From Octopus sinensis (lineage: Eukaryota): a stretch of 64,000 nt of DNA. The DNA lies in contig NW_021831859.1 of NCBI RefSeq assembly GCF_006345805.1, positions 1 to 64,000 of the forward strand. Direction: 5' to 3'. Of the stretch, positions 26,331 through 37,521 are shown piece by piece (within the stretch, counting starts at the first letter, position 1; each line of letters starts with the position of its first letter). The translations under genes were made by a program, and so were the position numbers. Below the pieces are notes generated by a model. It saw only the letters and a program-made list of their open reading frames with translations, was not told the DNA's origin and did no database searches.

Positions 26331-29270
26331 ATGTATGTATGTATATATGTATGTATATATATATATGTATGTATATATATATACATACACGTACACATGT
26401 AAAGAGCACCATTCAAGCATGATCATTGCCAGCGTCGCCTTACTGACACATTATTGAACAAATAAGTCCCTTGGGTTGATTTGTTCAACTAGAACCCTTC
26501 AAGGCTATGCTCCAGTATGGCCACAGTCAAATGACTGCAACAAGTACAAGAATAAAAGAATGCTCGCAAGTGCACAGGTTGTGATAATTGCAATAGAGAA
26601 ACAGTTTACATCGTGTGAGAGAATGTCTGCTGAAAATTCTTCCTTTCTTACCATTCCAGCTGCTACAGATACGCCACGATGATTCGAGAGTCAGTCATGA
26701 ATGTATTGATTTCTAAGAAGGTAAGAACTGGTTCTTTGAAACTTTGTCGTTGTTTTAACATCCACATTTCCATGCCTGCATGTGTCGGATGGTATTTATA
26801 GGCGAGTTGGCAGAAACGTCAGCACGCCGGGCGAAATGCGTAGCCGTATTTCGTCCGTCTTTATGTTCTGAGTTCAAATTCCACCGAGGTCGACTTTGCC
26901 TTTCATCCTTTCAGGGTCGATAAATTAAGTACCTGTTACGCACTGGGGTCGATGTAATCGACTTAATCCGTTTGTCTGTCCTTGTTTGTCTCTTGTGTTT
27001 AGCCCCTTGTGGGCACTAAAGAAATAGGTATTTATGAAGGCAAATTTTCTATGGCTGGATGCCCTCCCTGTCACCAATCCTCGCCTGTTTCCAAAGCTTT
27101 GGTTGTCCTGGGGCTATAGTAGAAGGCGCTTGCTCAAGGTGCCATGTAGTAGGACTGAACCTGGTACCATGTAGTTTGGAAGTAAACATCTTAACCACAC
27201 AACCGTTCTTGCTTACAGAATACAGGGAGGAGAACGGTTGTCAGGTGCTTGATATAGAACCAGAGAAGGAATTGGTTAACCGTCACAAGCATTTGCACTT
27301 GGTCTGCCATTTAAGGACACCTTCCCTTCCTTTTTTTAAGTCTTGGTGACCTTGTCTTGGGGTCACAAGCATTGATCTTCCTTCTTGACAAAAGGATTAA
27401 AAAGAAAAATGAAACCATTCTCGTCACGGACCAGTAATTCCTGTCTTTTAACCCTTTAACTGCTGATATAAATTTTCTTGTTATTCTAGTAATGATGTTT
27501 AACCCTTTTGTTACCAACCCAGCTGAAACTGGCTCTGGCTCTGTAGTACAAATGTCTTGTTTCCCAAAGTTCTGAATTAAAATCTTCCACCAAACCTTAG
27601 TCACAATTTATGTTCCTAACACTAGCTGAATTATAACAAAGTTATTTTACTAAATTCTTTGTTATATTTAAAGTAATTGAAAGAAACACAGGGCATCTCA
27701 ACAGAAATATGGTAATAAAAGGGTTAAAATATAAATAATAGAGAAACAATTCTTAACCCTTTTGATACCAACCTGGCTGAAACCACCTCTGGCTCTGAGT
27801 ACAAATGCCTTGATTTCATAAGTTTTGAATTAAAATCTTCCACCAAACCTTAGTCACAATTTATGTTCCTAACACTAGCTTAATAATAACAAAGTTATTT
27901 TACTAAATTCTTTGTTATATCTGAAGTAATTGAAAGAAACACGGAGCATCTCAACAGAAATACAGTAACAAAAGGGTTAATAATCTACCAAAAAATAAAC
28001 TTGTTTTCTGCAAGTTATATTGCTTCCATAAGTGGAGGCGCAATGGCCCAGTGGTTATGGCAGCGGACTCGCGGTCATAGGATCGTGGTTTCGATTCCCA
28101 GACCGGGCGTTGTGAGTGTTTATTGAGCGAAAACACCTAAAGCTCCACGAGGCTCCGGCAGGGGATGGTGGTGATCCCTGCTGTACTCTTTCACCACAAC
28201 TTTCTCTCACTCTTACTTCCTGTTTCTGTTGTACCTGTATTTCAAGGGGCCGGCCTTGTCACTCTCTGTGTCACGCTGAATATCCCCGAGAACTGCGTTA
28301 AGGGTACACGTGTCTGTGGAGTGCTCAACCACTTACACGTTAATTTCACGAGCAGGCTGTTCCGTTGATTCGGATCAACCGGAACCCTCGTCGTCGTAAC
28401 CGACGGAGTGCTTCCATCCATTGCTTCCATAAAATTAGCCTCAACAGAAAACAGTTCCAAACATGACATTCCTCAACAAAAGATGGAATGGTAAATATAC
28501 TGTTTTCCACTGTTAAAGGTTAACGAGTGAAGGTGACTAAAGCATCGTATTAAATGTGATGTGGGTCAGTATCTGTTCCACACACTACTACAGTCTGTCT
28601 ACCTGTAGATGGGAATTAAGGGCCTTCATTCCCTCACCACTATCATCATCATCATCGTTTAACGTCTGTTTTCTGCGCTAGCATGGGTTGGACGGTTCGA
28701 CCGGGGTCTGTGAAGCCAGGAGGCTGCACCAGGCTCCAATCTGATCTGGCAGTGTTTCTACGGCTGGATGCCCTTCCTAACGCCAACCACTCCGCGAGTG
28801 TAGTGGGTGCTTTTTACGTGCCACCTGCACAGGTGCCAGGGAGGGTCCGGCATCGGCCACGATCGGTTGGAGCTTTTAATGTGCCACCGGCACGGAAGCC
28901 AGCCAAGGCGGCGCTGGCAACGGCCACGTTCGGATGGTGCATTTTAAGTGCCACCGGCACAGAAGCCAGTCGGGGCGGCGCTGGCATCGGCCACGTTCGT
29001 ATTGTGATTTCCACACACTCAGTTATTTTCTACCTACCTGTAGATGTGAGTTAAAGGCTTTCATTCTCTTATCAATACATATTGAGATTCCTACCACCCA
29101 GTTGCAGTTTGTCCACCTGTTGATGAGAATTAAGGGCCTTCGTTACCTTACCAATATCGCTGTCTCCTTGATTTCAGATCCACACACCAGACGTTGGCGG
29201 AACCTCCTCCACCAGCGAAGTGATTGAGGCCATCCTTGATGATCTCCGACCAAAAGCCAGCAGTTGGTAA
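13156..29270 (+). CDS. IDH3G: Isocitrate dehydrogenase [NAD] subunit gamma, mitochondrial; 12 coding exons, 1182 nt = 393 aa + stop
   Basis: Exons 13156-13230, 15509-15586, 16694-16782, 17634-17749, 18088-18145, 19515-19647, 21074-21207, 22368-22470, 24133-24279, 25934-26028, 26660-26720 and 29178-29270 join in frame with GT-AG introns. Protein has [81 protein letters not shown] and HTPDVGG. YGGR, GNIET and TRNxG fit gamma rather than beta or alpha. Confidence 0.95.
14010..14770 (-). mobile_element. CR1/L2-type LINE 3' fragment, split by the Helentron-like insertion
   Basis: [48 protein letters not shown] matches the CR1 ORF2 C-terminal pattern RGH.YKL...R..FF..R....WN.LP..VV...S...FK. Confidence 0.7.
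14229..14585. mobile_element. Non-autonomous Helitron2/Helentron-like element (copy 2), inserted in a CR1 LINE
   Basis: Same termini as 8624-9023; removing it restores the LINE frame RIAEVWNKL. Confidence 0.65.
15509..15586 (+). CDS. IDH3G: IDH3G exon 2 ([26 protein letters not shown])
   Basis: ttcgcctcttccag acceptor, GTGAGT donor, 78 nt, phase 0/0, presequence-like composition. Confidence 0.85.
16694..16782 (+). CDS. IDH3G: IDH3G exon 3 ([30 protein letters not shown])
   Basis: tttccag acceptor, GTTAGT donor, GDGIGPE motif. Confidence 0.95.
17124..17395 (+). mobile_element. Third tRNA-derived SINE family (GGAGGCGCAATGGCC head)
   Basis: A/B boxes TGGCCTAGTGG and GGTTTCAATTCC; related copies at about 28033-28410 and 31156-31283; solo tail at about 42460-42580(-). 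Confidence 0.75.
17634..17749 (+). CDS. IDH3G: IDH3G exon 4 ([10 protein letters not shown]...KRNGVAIKG)
   Basis: ttccctag acceptor, GTGAGT donor, phase 2/1. Confidence 0.95.
18088..18145 (+). CDS. IDH3G: IDH3G exon 5 ([20 protein letters not shown])
   Basis: ttttcag acceptor, GTCAGT donor, phase 1/2. Confidence 0.93.
18915..19200 (+). mobile_element. Degenerate RTE LINE reverse-transcriptase fragment in IDH3G intron 5
   Basis: [24 protein letters not shown]...VRAVQAMY...[14 protein letters not shown] (RT motifs A to B). Confidence 0.8.
19515..19647 (+). CDS. IDH3G: IDH3G exon 6 ([13 protein letters not shown]...[14 protein letters not shown])
   Basis: gattcag acceptor, GTAAGC donor, RENTEGEY motif. 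Confidence 0.96.
19800..20110 (-). mobile_element. Composite element: tRNA-like head + hammerhead-bearing Penelope-like repeat, with an inverted partial arm
   Basis: tRNA-like 19969-20027 (A box TGGCGTAGTGG, B box GAGTTCGATTCC); hammerhead 19848-19893; AATAAA 19804-19809; inverted arm 20053-20110. Related copy at 61235-61708. Confidence 0.65.
19848..19893 (-). ncRNA. Minimal type I hammerhead ribozyme motif, antisense in IDH3G intron 6
   Basis: Minus strand GACAC-CTGATGA-A-GGCTG[gagggtatat]CAGCC-GAAA-CG-TT-GTGTT. Stem I 5 bp, stem II 5 bp, extra A after A9, ACGU palindrome. Confidence 0.75.
21074..21207 (+). CDS. IDH3G: IDH3G exon 7 ([13 protein letters not shown]...[11 protein letters not shown])
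   Basis: tttgtag acceptor, GTAAGG donor, HKANIM motif. Confidence 0.96.
21925..21974 (+). ncRNA. Type I hammerhead ribozyme motif with variant core CCGACGA, sense in IDH3G intron 7
   Basis: CAAAAACTGT-CCGACGA-ACG[GGAA]CGT-GAAA-CT[CAG]AG-TA-ACAGGTTTTG. Stem I 9/10 bp, GNRA stem II, 3-bp stem III, GUA site. Confidence 0.65.
22368..22470 (+). CDS. IDH3G: IDH3G exon 8 ([11 protein letters not shown]...MIVDNACMQ)
   Basis: ttctttgtag acceptor, GTAAGG donor. Confidence 0.96.
24133..24279 (+). CDS. IDH3G: IDH3G exon 9 ([20 protein letters not shown]...YAIFET)
   Basis: tttccag acceptor, GTGAGT donor, isocitrate/isopropylmalate dehydrogenase signature region. Confidence 0.97.
25934..26028 (+). CDS. 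IDH3G: IDH3G exon 10 ([32 protein letters not shown])
   Basis: ataacag acceptor, GTATGT donor, NIANPT motif. Confidence 0.96.
26660..26720 (+). CDS. IDH3G: IDH3G exon 11 ([20 protein letters not shown])
   Basis: cattccag acceptor, GTAAGA donor; aligns without a gap to vertebrate DHLKLHSYATSIR as recalled. Confidence 0.92.
27499..27980. mobile_element. piggyBac-like MITE family 2, tandem dimer
   Basis: Two TTAACCCTTTTG...AAAAGGGTTAA units separated by a 25-bp spacer (27728-27752). Confidence 0.8.
29178..29270 (+). CDS. IDH3G: IDH3G exon 12 ([30 protein letters not shown])
   Basis: atttcag acceptor, HTPDxGG motif; TGG TAA stop overlaps a TG/GTAAGT donor at 29266/29267. Confidence 0.92.
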   Translation: MHTPDVGGTSSTSEVIEAILDDLRPKASSW

Positions 29271-29699
29271 GTATATGAAGTTACCTAACCAACCTGACAA
29301 GGAAGCCTCTATGCAGTCACACAGTCTCCCAAAAAATAGCAGTCAAATCTCCCTCAAATCAGAACTTTCCATCTTGTAAGAGGATGAGAGTTGTTGAGGA
29401 TGTAATTTTGGACCAAAATAGGAAGTAAAGTGTCTTGTCCAAGAACACAACACACTTCCTGCACCAGGATTTGAACATGCAATCTTATGATCAAGATCCC
29501 AGTTGCCTAACCACTTGGTCAAACATCTACACACACACACAGACACAAAATGTGTGTGTTTATAATATGTATATACACCATTGATAGGCCAGTTACCATG
29601 GTATTTGTGCTGAGATAACATGTCTTGTAAATGTGCTGCATTAAGAACATAGCAGATCCGAGAAGGAGACAAAGATCATCCCAGCAGCAGCCAGCAAGA

Positions 29700-29742
29700 A
29701 CACCAGATGCATTTCAGCGTGTTTGGGCCTCTTCAGTGCTGT
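29700..29742 (-). ncRNA. Degenerate minimal type I hammerhead motif
   Basis: Minus strand ACAGCA-CTGAAGA-GGC[CCAAACAC]GCT-GAAA-TGCA-TC-TGGTGT. AUGCAU palindromic stem III, AUC site, one stem I mismatch. Confidence 0.55.
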
Positions 29743-30909
29743 GTGCTCGCAGGCAGTCACATGCTTAGATGAGAATTCATCATCATCATCATCATCGTTT
29801 AGCATCTGCTTTCCATGCTAGCATGGGTTGGACGGTTCGACCAGGGTCTGGGAAGCCAGAAGGCTGCACCAGGCTCCAGTCTGATCTGGCAGTGTTTCTA
29901 CAGCTGGATGCCCTTCCTAACTCCAACCACTCATGACAGTAAATAATATAGCAGCCAAATCTCCCTCAAATTACACTGTGAATGTCTTACAAAAGAAGGC
30001 TACATTCCAATCCATTTCTATCTACCACCGAATACGGTCGCTACAGAAACACCTTTGACCATAAATCTGCAAGTTCAATCCTTAACCTGAGCCTCATCCT
30101 ATGTCATTGTTTGAATCAGAACCAGAGACTGAAAGGCAACAAAACCCAAATATTTACTCCTTCCTCAAAAACATTATTTTTTTTTTGGTGTATTTGTGTG
30201 GTTTTTCGCTGTTTTTTTTTTCGCCCTTTTAGCTCAACATCTTCAATCATGTTTCCATGAGTATTCTACAGATGCTTATGTCCTGCTCTCTCTCTCCTCC
30301 TTAACACCATTTTTTGTGTAACTTCAGTTCTTTTTTGCAGCTGCCATATTCTTCATGTTGAGCTTGTTTTAGCCATTTTGAGCAGCTTTCGCTGATTAAA
30401 AAGCTTCACTAAATTCATTCATGGCATGGTGTTGCTGAATTCTTCCGCATCATTCTTTCATTAACAACAAGCGTTGCAAATTTACAGCGGCTAGTTCCAC
30501 TGCATAACGCATTCTACGTCTGCTGCTGCGCATAAACCATTGCAAGTGTTTTCCGTTCTTCTTCTACACGCTGCTTTTCGTTGCTGAACTAACTGCTTCA
30601 ACCACCTCACCATCCACAACGTGGCACTGGGATGACAGCCACAGCTGTACATCACATGCTGGTGCAACAAAAACCCTGTTTACGGTGGGTTAACCTTCTA
30701 CATTTGCGGCACCTGCCAGAGGGAGTGTTTGTCCAGGATAGGACTACACAGCCAGAGCAGGAGATGTATTAGGACATGAAATGTAAAAGCCAGACTAGAT
30801 TATTTTATGCGCAACTCCATTGTCTCCCGAGACAAAAAGGATGCCAACAAACAACAATCTTCACCACAGACTTAATGGGATTATTTTTCCCTTTTTCTTT
30901 TTTTATATA

Positions 30910-31110
30910 TAGGGTGTTCAAAAAGTCCCTCCGCAGTGAGTTTTTTTACATCCTGACTCTCCAAGAGTACCTTGCACTGGTATCTTCTACTACAGCCCAA
31001 GGCCAATCAAATGTGCTTGCACACACACACACACACACATATACACACAGATAAATATAATTATAGATAGATAGACATATTATATGCGTATATCTATAGA
31101 TATGCATATG

Positions 31111-31157
<47 letters not shown>

Positions 31158-31456
31158 AGGCGCAATGGCCCAGTGGTTAGGGCAGTGGACTCATGATCAG
31201 AGGATCGTGGTTTCGATTCCCAGACCGGGCGTTGTGTGTGTTTATTGAGCGAAAACACCTAAAGCTCCACGAGGCTCTGGCAGTGTAGAAGAGTCAACTT
31301 ATGTATTGAAAACGAAGGATGACACTTTCATCACCTCCTATAAAGTTTTTTAAAGTCTCGTAAAGACTAATATATTCTTTTGTAGTCTTATACCATCTTC
31401 TAAATATTTATTTTGCAATAAAATACTTTCTGTGGAGAGACTTTTTGAACACCCTG
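30910..31456. mobile_element. Tc1/mariner-type MITE containing nested SINE fragments
   Basis: TIRs AGGGTGTTCAAAAAGTC / GACTTTTTGAACACCCTG with TA flanks. Confidence 0.75.
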
Positions 31457-34400
31457 TACTATAGACAGGCAGTGAGGTGGACCCTTTACGGCACCTGGGG
31501 AGGGAGGGAATAAGATAACCTCAGACGAGAGAGCTGACCCCAAATATTTGGAATAGTTTGAAGTCTATTAAAAATACCCACAAGGTGATCAGGTGATTGT
31601 GTTAAGCCTGATGATGGATTGAGTCTGTCACTCGTGTAGGTCATGGTAGGATTTGAACTTAGAATACAGTGTTGTAGCTCACACTTCAAAGCATCTGGCC
31701 TGACATTCTTACAGTTTCGTCAATCCACCACTTTGGAATGGTACATTTTTTTTTATCAACCTTGAAAGGATGAAAAAGCAAAGCTAACCTTTTTGGGATT
31801 TGAACTCAAAACATAAGAGTCACAACAAATACTGCAAAACATCTGGCCTGCCATTCTTACAGTTCCATCACTGCACCACCTTATATCTTTATTGCCCACA
31901 GGAGGCTAAATACAGAAGGGACAAACAAAGGGGCTAAGTTGATTACATTGACCCCCAGTGCGTAACTGGTACTTATTTAATCGACCCCGAAAGGATAAAA
32001 GGCAAAGTCGACCTCGGCGGAATTTGAACTCAGAACGTAGCGACAGATTAAATGCCGCTAAGCATTTTGCCCGGCGTGCTAACGTTTCTGCCAGCTCGCC
32101 GCCTTAGGTAAGGTCAGGTATGAGGTTGAGGGCAAAGGTCATGCACCATTGCTGCATGTTCCTGCATCCCCCATTTGTTGGTATCTGCTCGGGGCCATTC
32201 TGAGCAATCCACCATGCTGTGTTCCGGTCACTTCACATCTCTGTGAAATAAGTCTTCGTCTGCCTTGACCATGGTTGCAAGACTACAAACTCTGAGAAGG
32301 GTAGCTTTATGCTAAGGAGATCAGGGGCTAAACTATAAAAAAAAAGGGACCAGAGCAGAACAGGGTTTTTTGTTGTTGTAGAAGGGCTACATGGCTACTC
32401 ACATTTTAGGAATGAGGACAGAATGGGGAAGAGATCAAAATACTAGTGGCGATGTGTATGTTTGGACCCTACATTAAAATGTAATTGCAATCACTTCCTG
32501 TATTACATAAGCTGTGGGACTGGTCTAAACAACAATAACATCAACAACATTTACATAACACATCTGTCTCTCTTTCTCTCTCTCTCTCACAGAACACAAA
32601 CATATCTTTTTATATGTTTTTTTTTCCAGCTAAGTTTACCCAACAAACTTCTTTTATGTGTGTGTTTTTTTTATTTCAATGAAAGGAAAAGGACCTAACA
32701 CCTCAGCGAGGGGACAGATTAGCCAAACCCTGTCTTGCCACCTGTGGAGGTTTCTATCTTTCATCTACCTGTTCACTTTGCTTCACCCTATGCCAGCTCA
32801 CACCCATCACAAACTTCTCTTTCTGCAGGTTATTCTAATCCCGATTTGGTGAGTGAAACGGCTTTCAGAACGAAACAAGCTCCTTTACTTTTTTTCTGTT
32901 CTTTTTTTTTTATAATTTTTCTTTACTTTTTTTCACTTTTTTTTCTTTGAAATATTATCCATGGCCCTTTAATATTATTTTCTCTCCGTTGCTCATAAAT
33001 CTCCGCAGCATGTCTCCTCCTCCTCATCCTCACTTGCTCATCACCATTTCAAATGTATTTCCATTGCAGTTGCCCCCTCGTTAACCTCATAATAATTAAT
33101 AAACATTTGCTATCCCCCACGCTCTTTTCCATTTTTTTTTCCACACCCCAGCTTGCAATCCAACCCCAACAGCTTTTCATGTACCCTTCGCCCTCCCGTC
33201 TCACTCCCTCCTCTCATTATCACTTCTACCGCATCCCCTCCCTCCTTTCGTCATATATATACAACCCTTAATTATCACATTTTATCATTAATTATCATTA
33301 ACTGCATGTTTCCAAAATTGAGTCTTGAGTTAATTTATGTCTACCGGTGAGTGGTATGTGTTGGTGTTGTAGTGCTGAGGTGGTCATGAATGCTGGTGCT
33401 ATGTGTTTGTGATATAGTACTGTAGTGGTATATGTGGTTGTAATAGTGTTGTGATGGATAACAGTTATATACATAGTATGTTAATGCCACAGTAGAGTAA
33501 ACAGTCATAGTATGTGTTGGTGTCACAATGATATGGTGGTATGGGTAACAGTGTGGCAGTGGTTGTCATAGACCCCACATTGGCCCCTAATTGAAAAGTC
33601 CTGAATCCAATGACACTCAGAGTTGTCAGTCGAATGACAAGACATGACCCCTAAGTCCCTCTTCCCAGTTACATCATGTCAGCTCCTACTTGCTGACCAT
33701 ACGACACATTCTAGCAGGACATTTTTTTTTTTGTGACCCAGAGAAGATAAAAGGCAAGAATCAACCTTGCCAGGATTTGAACTCGCATGCAGACGGTTTG
33801 AACAACTACTGCAAGCCATTCTAACCAACACTCTAATACTTCTGTTGCTTGTTTACTGCCGGCCATTACTGTACGTTTCCACTTATCATTGGTAGTTGCG
33901 AAGGTTACCAATGTTACTGCGGTTATTTATGTGTGATTGGGATCTGGTTGAAGAGACAGTGTGAACTGGGAAAGAAGCTGCAGGAATTTCCTGGGATCGT
34001 CATCATCGTTTAATGTCCATTTTCCATGCTAGCATGGGTTGGATGGTTCGACCAGGGTCTGGGAAGCCAGGAGGCCGCACCAGGCTCCAATCTGATCTAG
34101 CAATGTTTCTACAGTTGGATGCCCTTCCTAATGCCAACCACTCCAAGAGTGTAGTGGATGCTTTTTACGTACCACCAGCACAGGGGCCAATCAGGTGGCA
34201 CTGGCATCAGCTACGTTTGGATGGTGCTTTTTACATGCTACCAGCACAGGTGCCAGTTGGGCAGGCAGGGTTGCATTGACCATGCTCGGATGGTGCTTTT
34301 TACATGCCTCCGCAATAGGGAAACAGTCAGGTGGCACTGGTAACAACCCATGCATGAATGGTGCTTATTGCATGCCACCAGCACTGGAGCCAATCAGGTG

Positions 34401-35544
34401 ACACTGGTAACAACCCATGCATGAATGGTGCTTATTGCGTGCCACCAGTACAGGAGCCAGTCAGACAGCACTGGCATGGCCACAACTACAATTTGATTAT
34501 GATTTGAGTTTTGATTTTGATGTTACAGGAAATGTTACAGAGGCATTTGGCAGTGATTGTTCACGTCACAGTTGTGACAGTTATTGATGTTACTGCAGCT
34601 GTTTATGCTTGGGTAAGATCTGACGGGGGAGGAGAATGGTGTGAGGGAGGCGTTTTGGTAGAGTCTTTGGACGTTGCAGATGTGTGTGGTGTGGCGGTCA
34701 GTGTGGCGGTCAGTGTGCATGCTGTGACTGAGATTGGGAAGCTCGGAGCTTGCTGTGTCATCAATCTGTGACCCTCACAAAACAACCCAAGCAGGACCAA
34801 CATAATCATCATCATCATCATTTAATGTCTGTTTACCATGCTGGCATGGGTTGGACAGTTTGACAGAAGAACTAACAAGCCAAAGAGGTGTACCCAGCTC
34901 CAGTTATCCCTTTTGGCATGGTTTCTACAGTTGGATGCCCTTCCTAACGCCAACCACTTTACAGAGTGGCACTTGGGTGCTTTTTACGTGGAACCGGCAC
35001 AAGTGCCTTTTATAATGGATTTAATATGTTTGATGTATAACATTGTTGTTGATTCTTTGGAATTTGACCAAATACGGTTCCTGCAAGTGTTCAAAGTATG
35101 TTCATGTATTGTTTTACTTTCCTTACCACATGTTCTGTTAATGTTGTAACCACATGTTGCATCTAATTCCTAATACATTATTATTTTGCATTTTGTGTTT
35201 ATGTTCCATGTTGTTTAATGCGAGAATCAGTTGTCTTTGATGTTCTCTGTTAGCACTGGTAAGGCGGGGCACAGTGGGTTTTGGTAGGTGCCAATTTAAG
35301 TCTGTTTGCCTAGAATTATCAGGTTGCTGGATTGTCTCTTTGTTGATGCCAGCTTGGAGTAATTAGACGACTGCGTCTGAGGAATGATAGGAGGGTATGA
35401 CTAAGGGTATCATACAGGGTATATATACCTTGTTGGCAGGTGAACATTTATGCCAGTGGCTCTCATACATGTACACCAGGGTGCTGTGGTGCACTATGCA
35501 CTTTTAGATATATTCAAAAAGAGAATTGCAGCTTGCTTGAACCA

Positions 35545-36085
35545 TTCATCATCATCGTTTAGCGTCTGCTTTCCATGCTGGCATGGGTTGGACGGTGCAA
35601 CTGGGGTCTGGGAAGCCCGAAGGCTGCACCAGGCCCAGTCTGATCTGGACCGTTCTGTGTTTCTACTGCTGGATGCCCTTCCTAACGCCAACCACTCCGT
35701 GAGTGTAGTGGGTGCTTTTTACGTGCCACCCGCACAGGTGCCAGACAGGGCTGGCAAATGGCCACGGTCGGATGGTGCTTTTTACGTGCCACCGGCACAG
35801 AAGCCAGTCAGGGCGGCACTGGCAACGGCCACGTTTGGATGGTTCTCTTATGTGCCACCAGCACTGAATCACAGATGCAATTTCCATTGATGTTGATCGA
35901 CTTCGATTTTGGTTCTGATTTCCACTTGCCTCAACAGATCTTCACAATGGAGTTTTGTGTCCCAAGAAGGAAAGGTATGCATAAGTCGACTGGCTACATC
36001 CCAGGTAGAGGCCATGGGTTATGGTCTCACTTGTCCTGCCGGGTCTTCTCATGCACAGCATACTTCCATAGGTCTCGGTCTCTAG
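35545..36085 (-). mobile_element. 5'-truncated copy of the same RTE LINE (ORF end + 3' UTR)
   Basis: Minus strand GAGAAGACCCGGCAGGACAAGTGA matches the 44812-44834 stop region and continues to the (GAT)n tail. Confidence 0.85.
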
Positions 36086-36132
36086 TCATTTGCAGCAAAA
36101 TAATGAAGATGGAGAGCATCTCACAATACAAC

Positions 36133-36322
36133 AAGGAAAAGTTTAATATCCTTTATATATTTCAGGCACAAAGGCTTGTCATCAGAAGTGCTGAGTCTAT
36201 AGAGTACTGACCAAACATGGCTAATTTACACTGTAGACTCACATTTCTTTAATTCATTTGTTCCTGATGACGGGCTGTTCTGCCTGAAATATAAAGGTTA
36301 TTAAATTTTTTCCTTTTCCCCA
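36133..36322. mobile_element. Inverted pair of degenerate hammerhead motifs (minus 36151-36188, plus 36261-36296), Penelope-like remnant
   Basis: Both arms read CTGATGA-C-(A/G)(A/G)GC n6 GCCT-GAAATAT(AT)A-AAGG(A/T)TATTAAA and point away from each other. Confidence 0.55.
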
Positions 36323-37212
36323 TTGTATGAGGCTTTCCATTTTCAGTATTTTATATTTAAGGCCTTTAAGGTATCGAAAAACCCTTATTTAATGCTGAAC
36401 CCTTTAGCATTTAAACCAGCAATATCCAACTCAAATATTCTACCTGCTTTTACATTGAAACTGACCAGATCATGCCTCTCACATCTACCCTACAATGTCA
36501 TTCTAAAAAGTGAAAGATCACTCCATTAAAATCCAGAATCTACCAAGATGATCCATGATTAATTCAAACAGTAAGGATAAATAAGCATTGTGCTTGACAG
36601 ATTAATCTGAATGCTAAAGGGTTAAGCTTTAAAAAAAAAAACCATTACCATAATTTTATTATATACAGGTGTTACTAATTAAACAAGGTAAGCAATAGAT
36701 TTTTGGTATTTTTTTTAGTTTTAAATTTTTTAAATGGATTTTTTTTTTTAGTCTTTCTATGCAAAATGCACCAATAATTTTTTGGCTTGATTTCCAATGT
36801 ACTTCAAAGTGAGAACTATTGATCTATGTAGACACATCATCAGCTATAATTAACACTGAAGTTTACCTGAAAGTTAAGAGGTGTATCCAAATTCTACAGT
36901 GTAAAGGGGTCACCAGGGCCCAGGACAGAGAAGGCACACTTTTTTTAATTAATTACTACTTATAAAGGCAGTGAGCTGGCAGAATCGTTAGCACGCCAGG
37001 TGAAATGCTTAGTGGTATTTCCTTTGTCTTCTGAGTGTTCTGAGTTCAAATTCCACTGAGGTCAACTTTGCCTTTCATCCTTTTGGGGTTGATAAATTAA
37101 GTACCAGTTGCGTACAGGGGTCGATCTAATTGACTGGCCCCCTCCCCAAAAATTTTGGGCCTTGTGCCTAGAGTAGAAAAGAATATTATTACTACTTATA
37201 TATATATATATA

Positions 37213-37249
<37 letters not shown>

Positions 37250-37521
37250 GCACATACAAGGCTGTGTGGTTAGAAGTTTGCTTCCTGACCACTTGGTTCC
37301 AGGTTCAATCCCACTGCGTGGTACCGTGGGCAAGTGTCTTCTTCTGTAGCCTTGGGCTGACCAAGCCTTGTGAGTGGATTTGGTAGGCGGAAACTGAAAG
37401 AATCCTGTTGTATGTATGTGTGTGTGTTTGAGTTTGTGTTTGTCCCCCCACCACCACCACTTGACAACTGGTGGTGGGGACAAACACTTCAAAAATAAAT
37501 ACTGAGATCAATGCATTCAAA

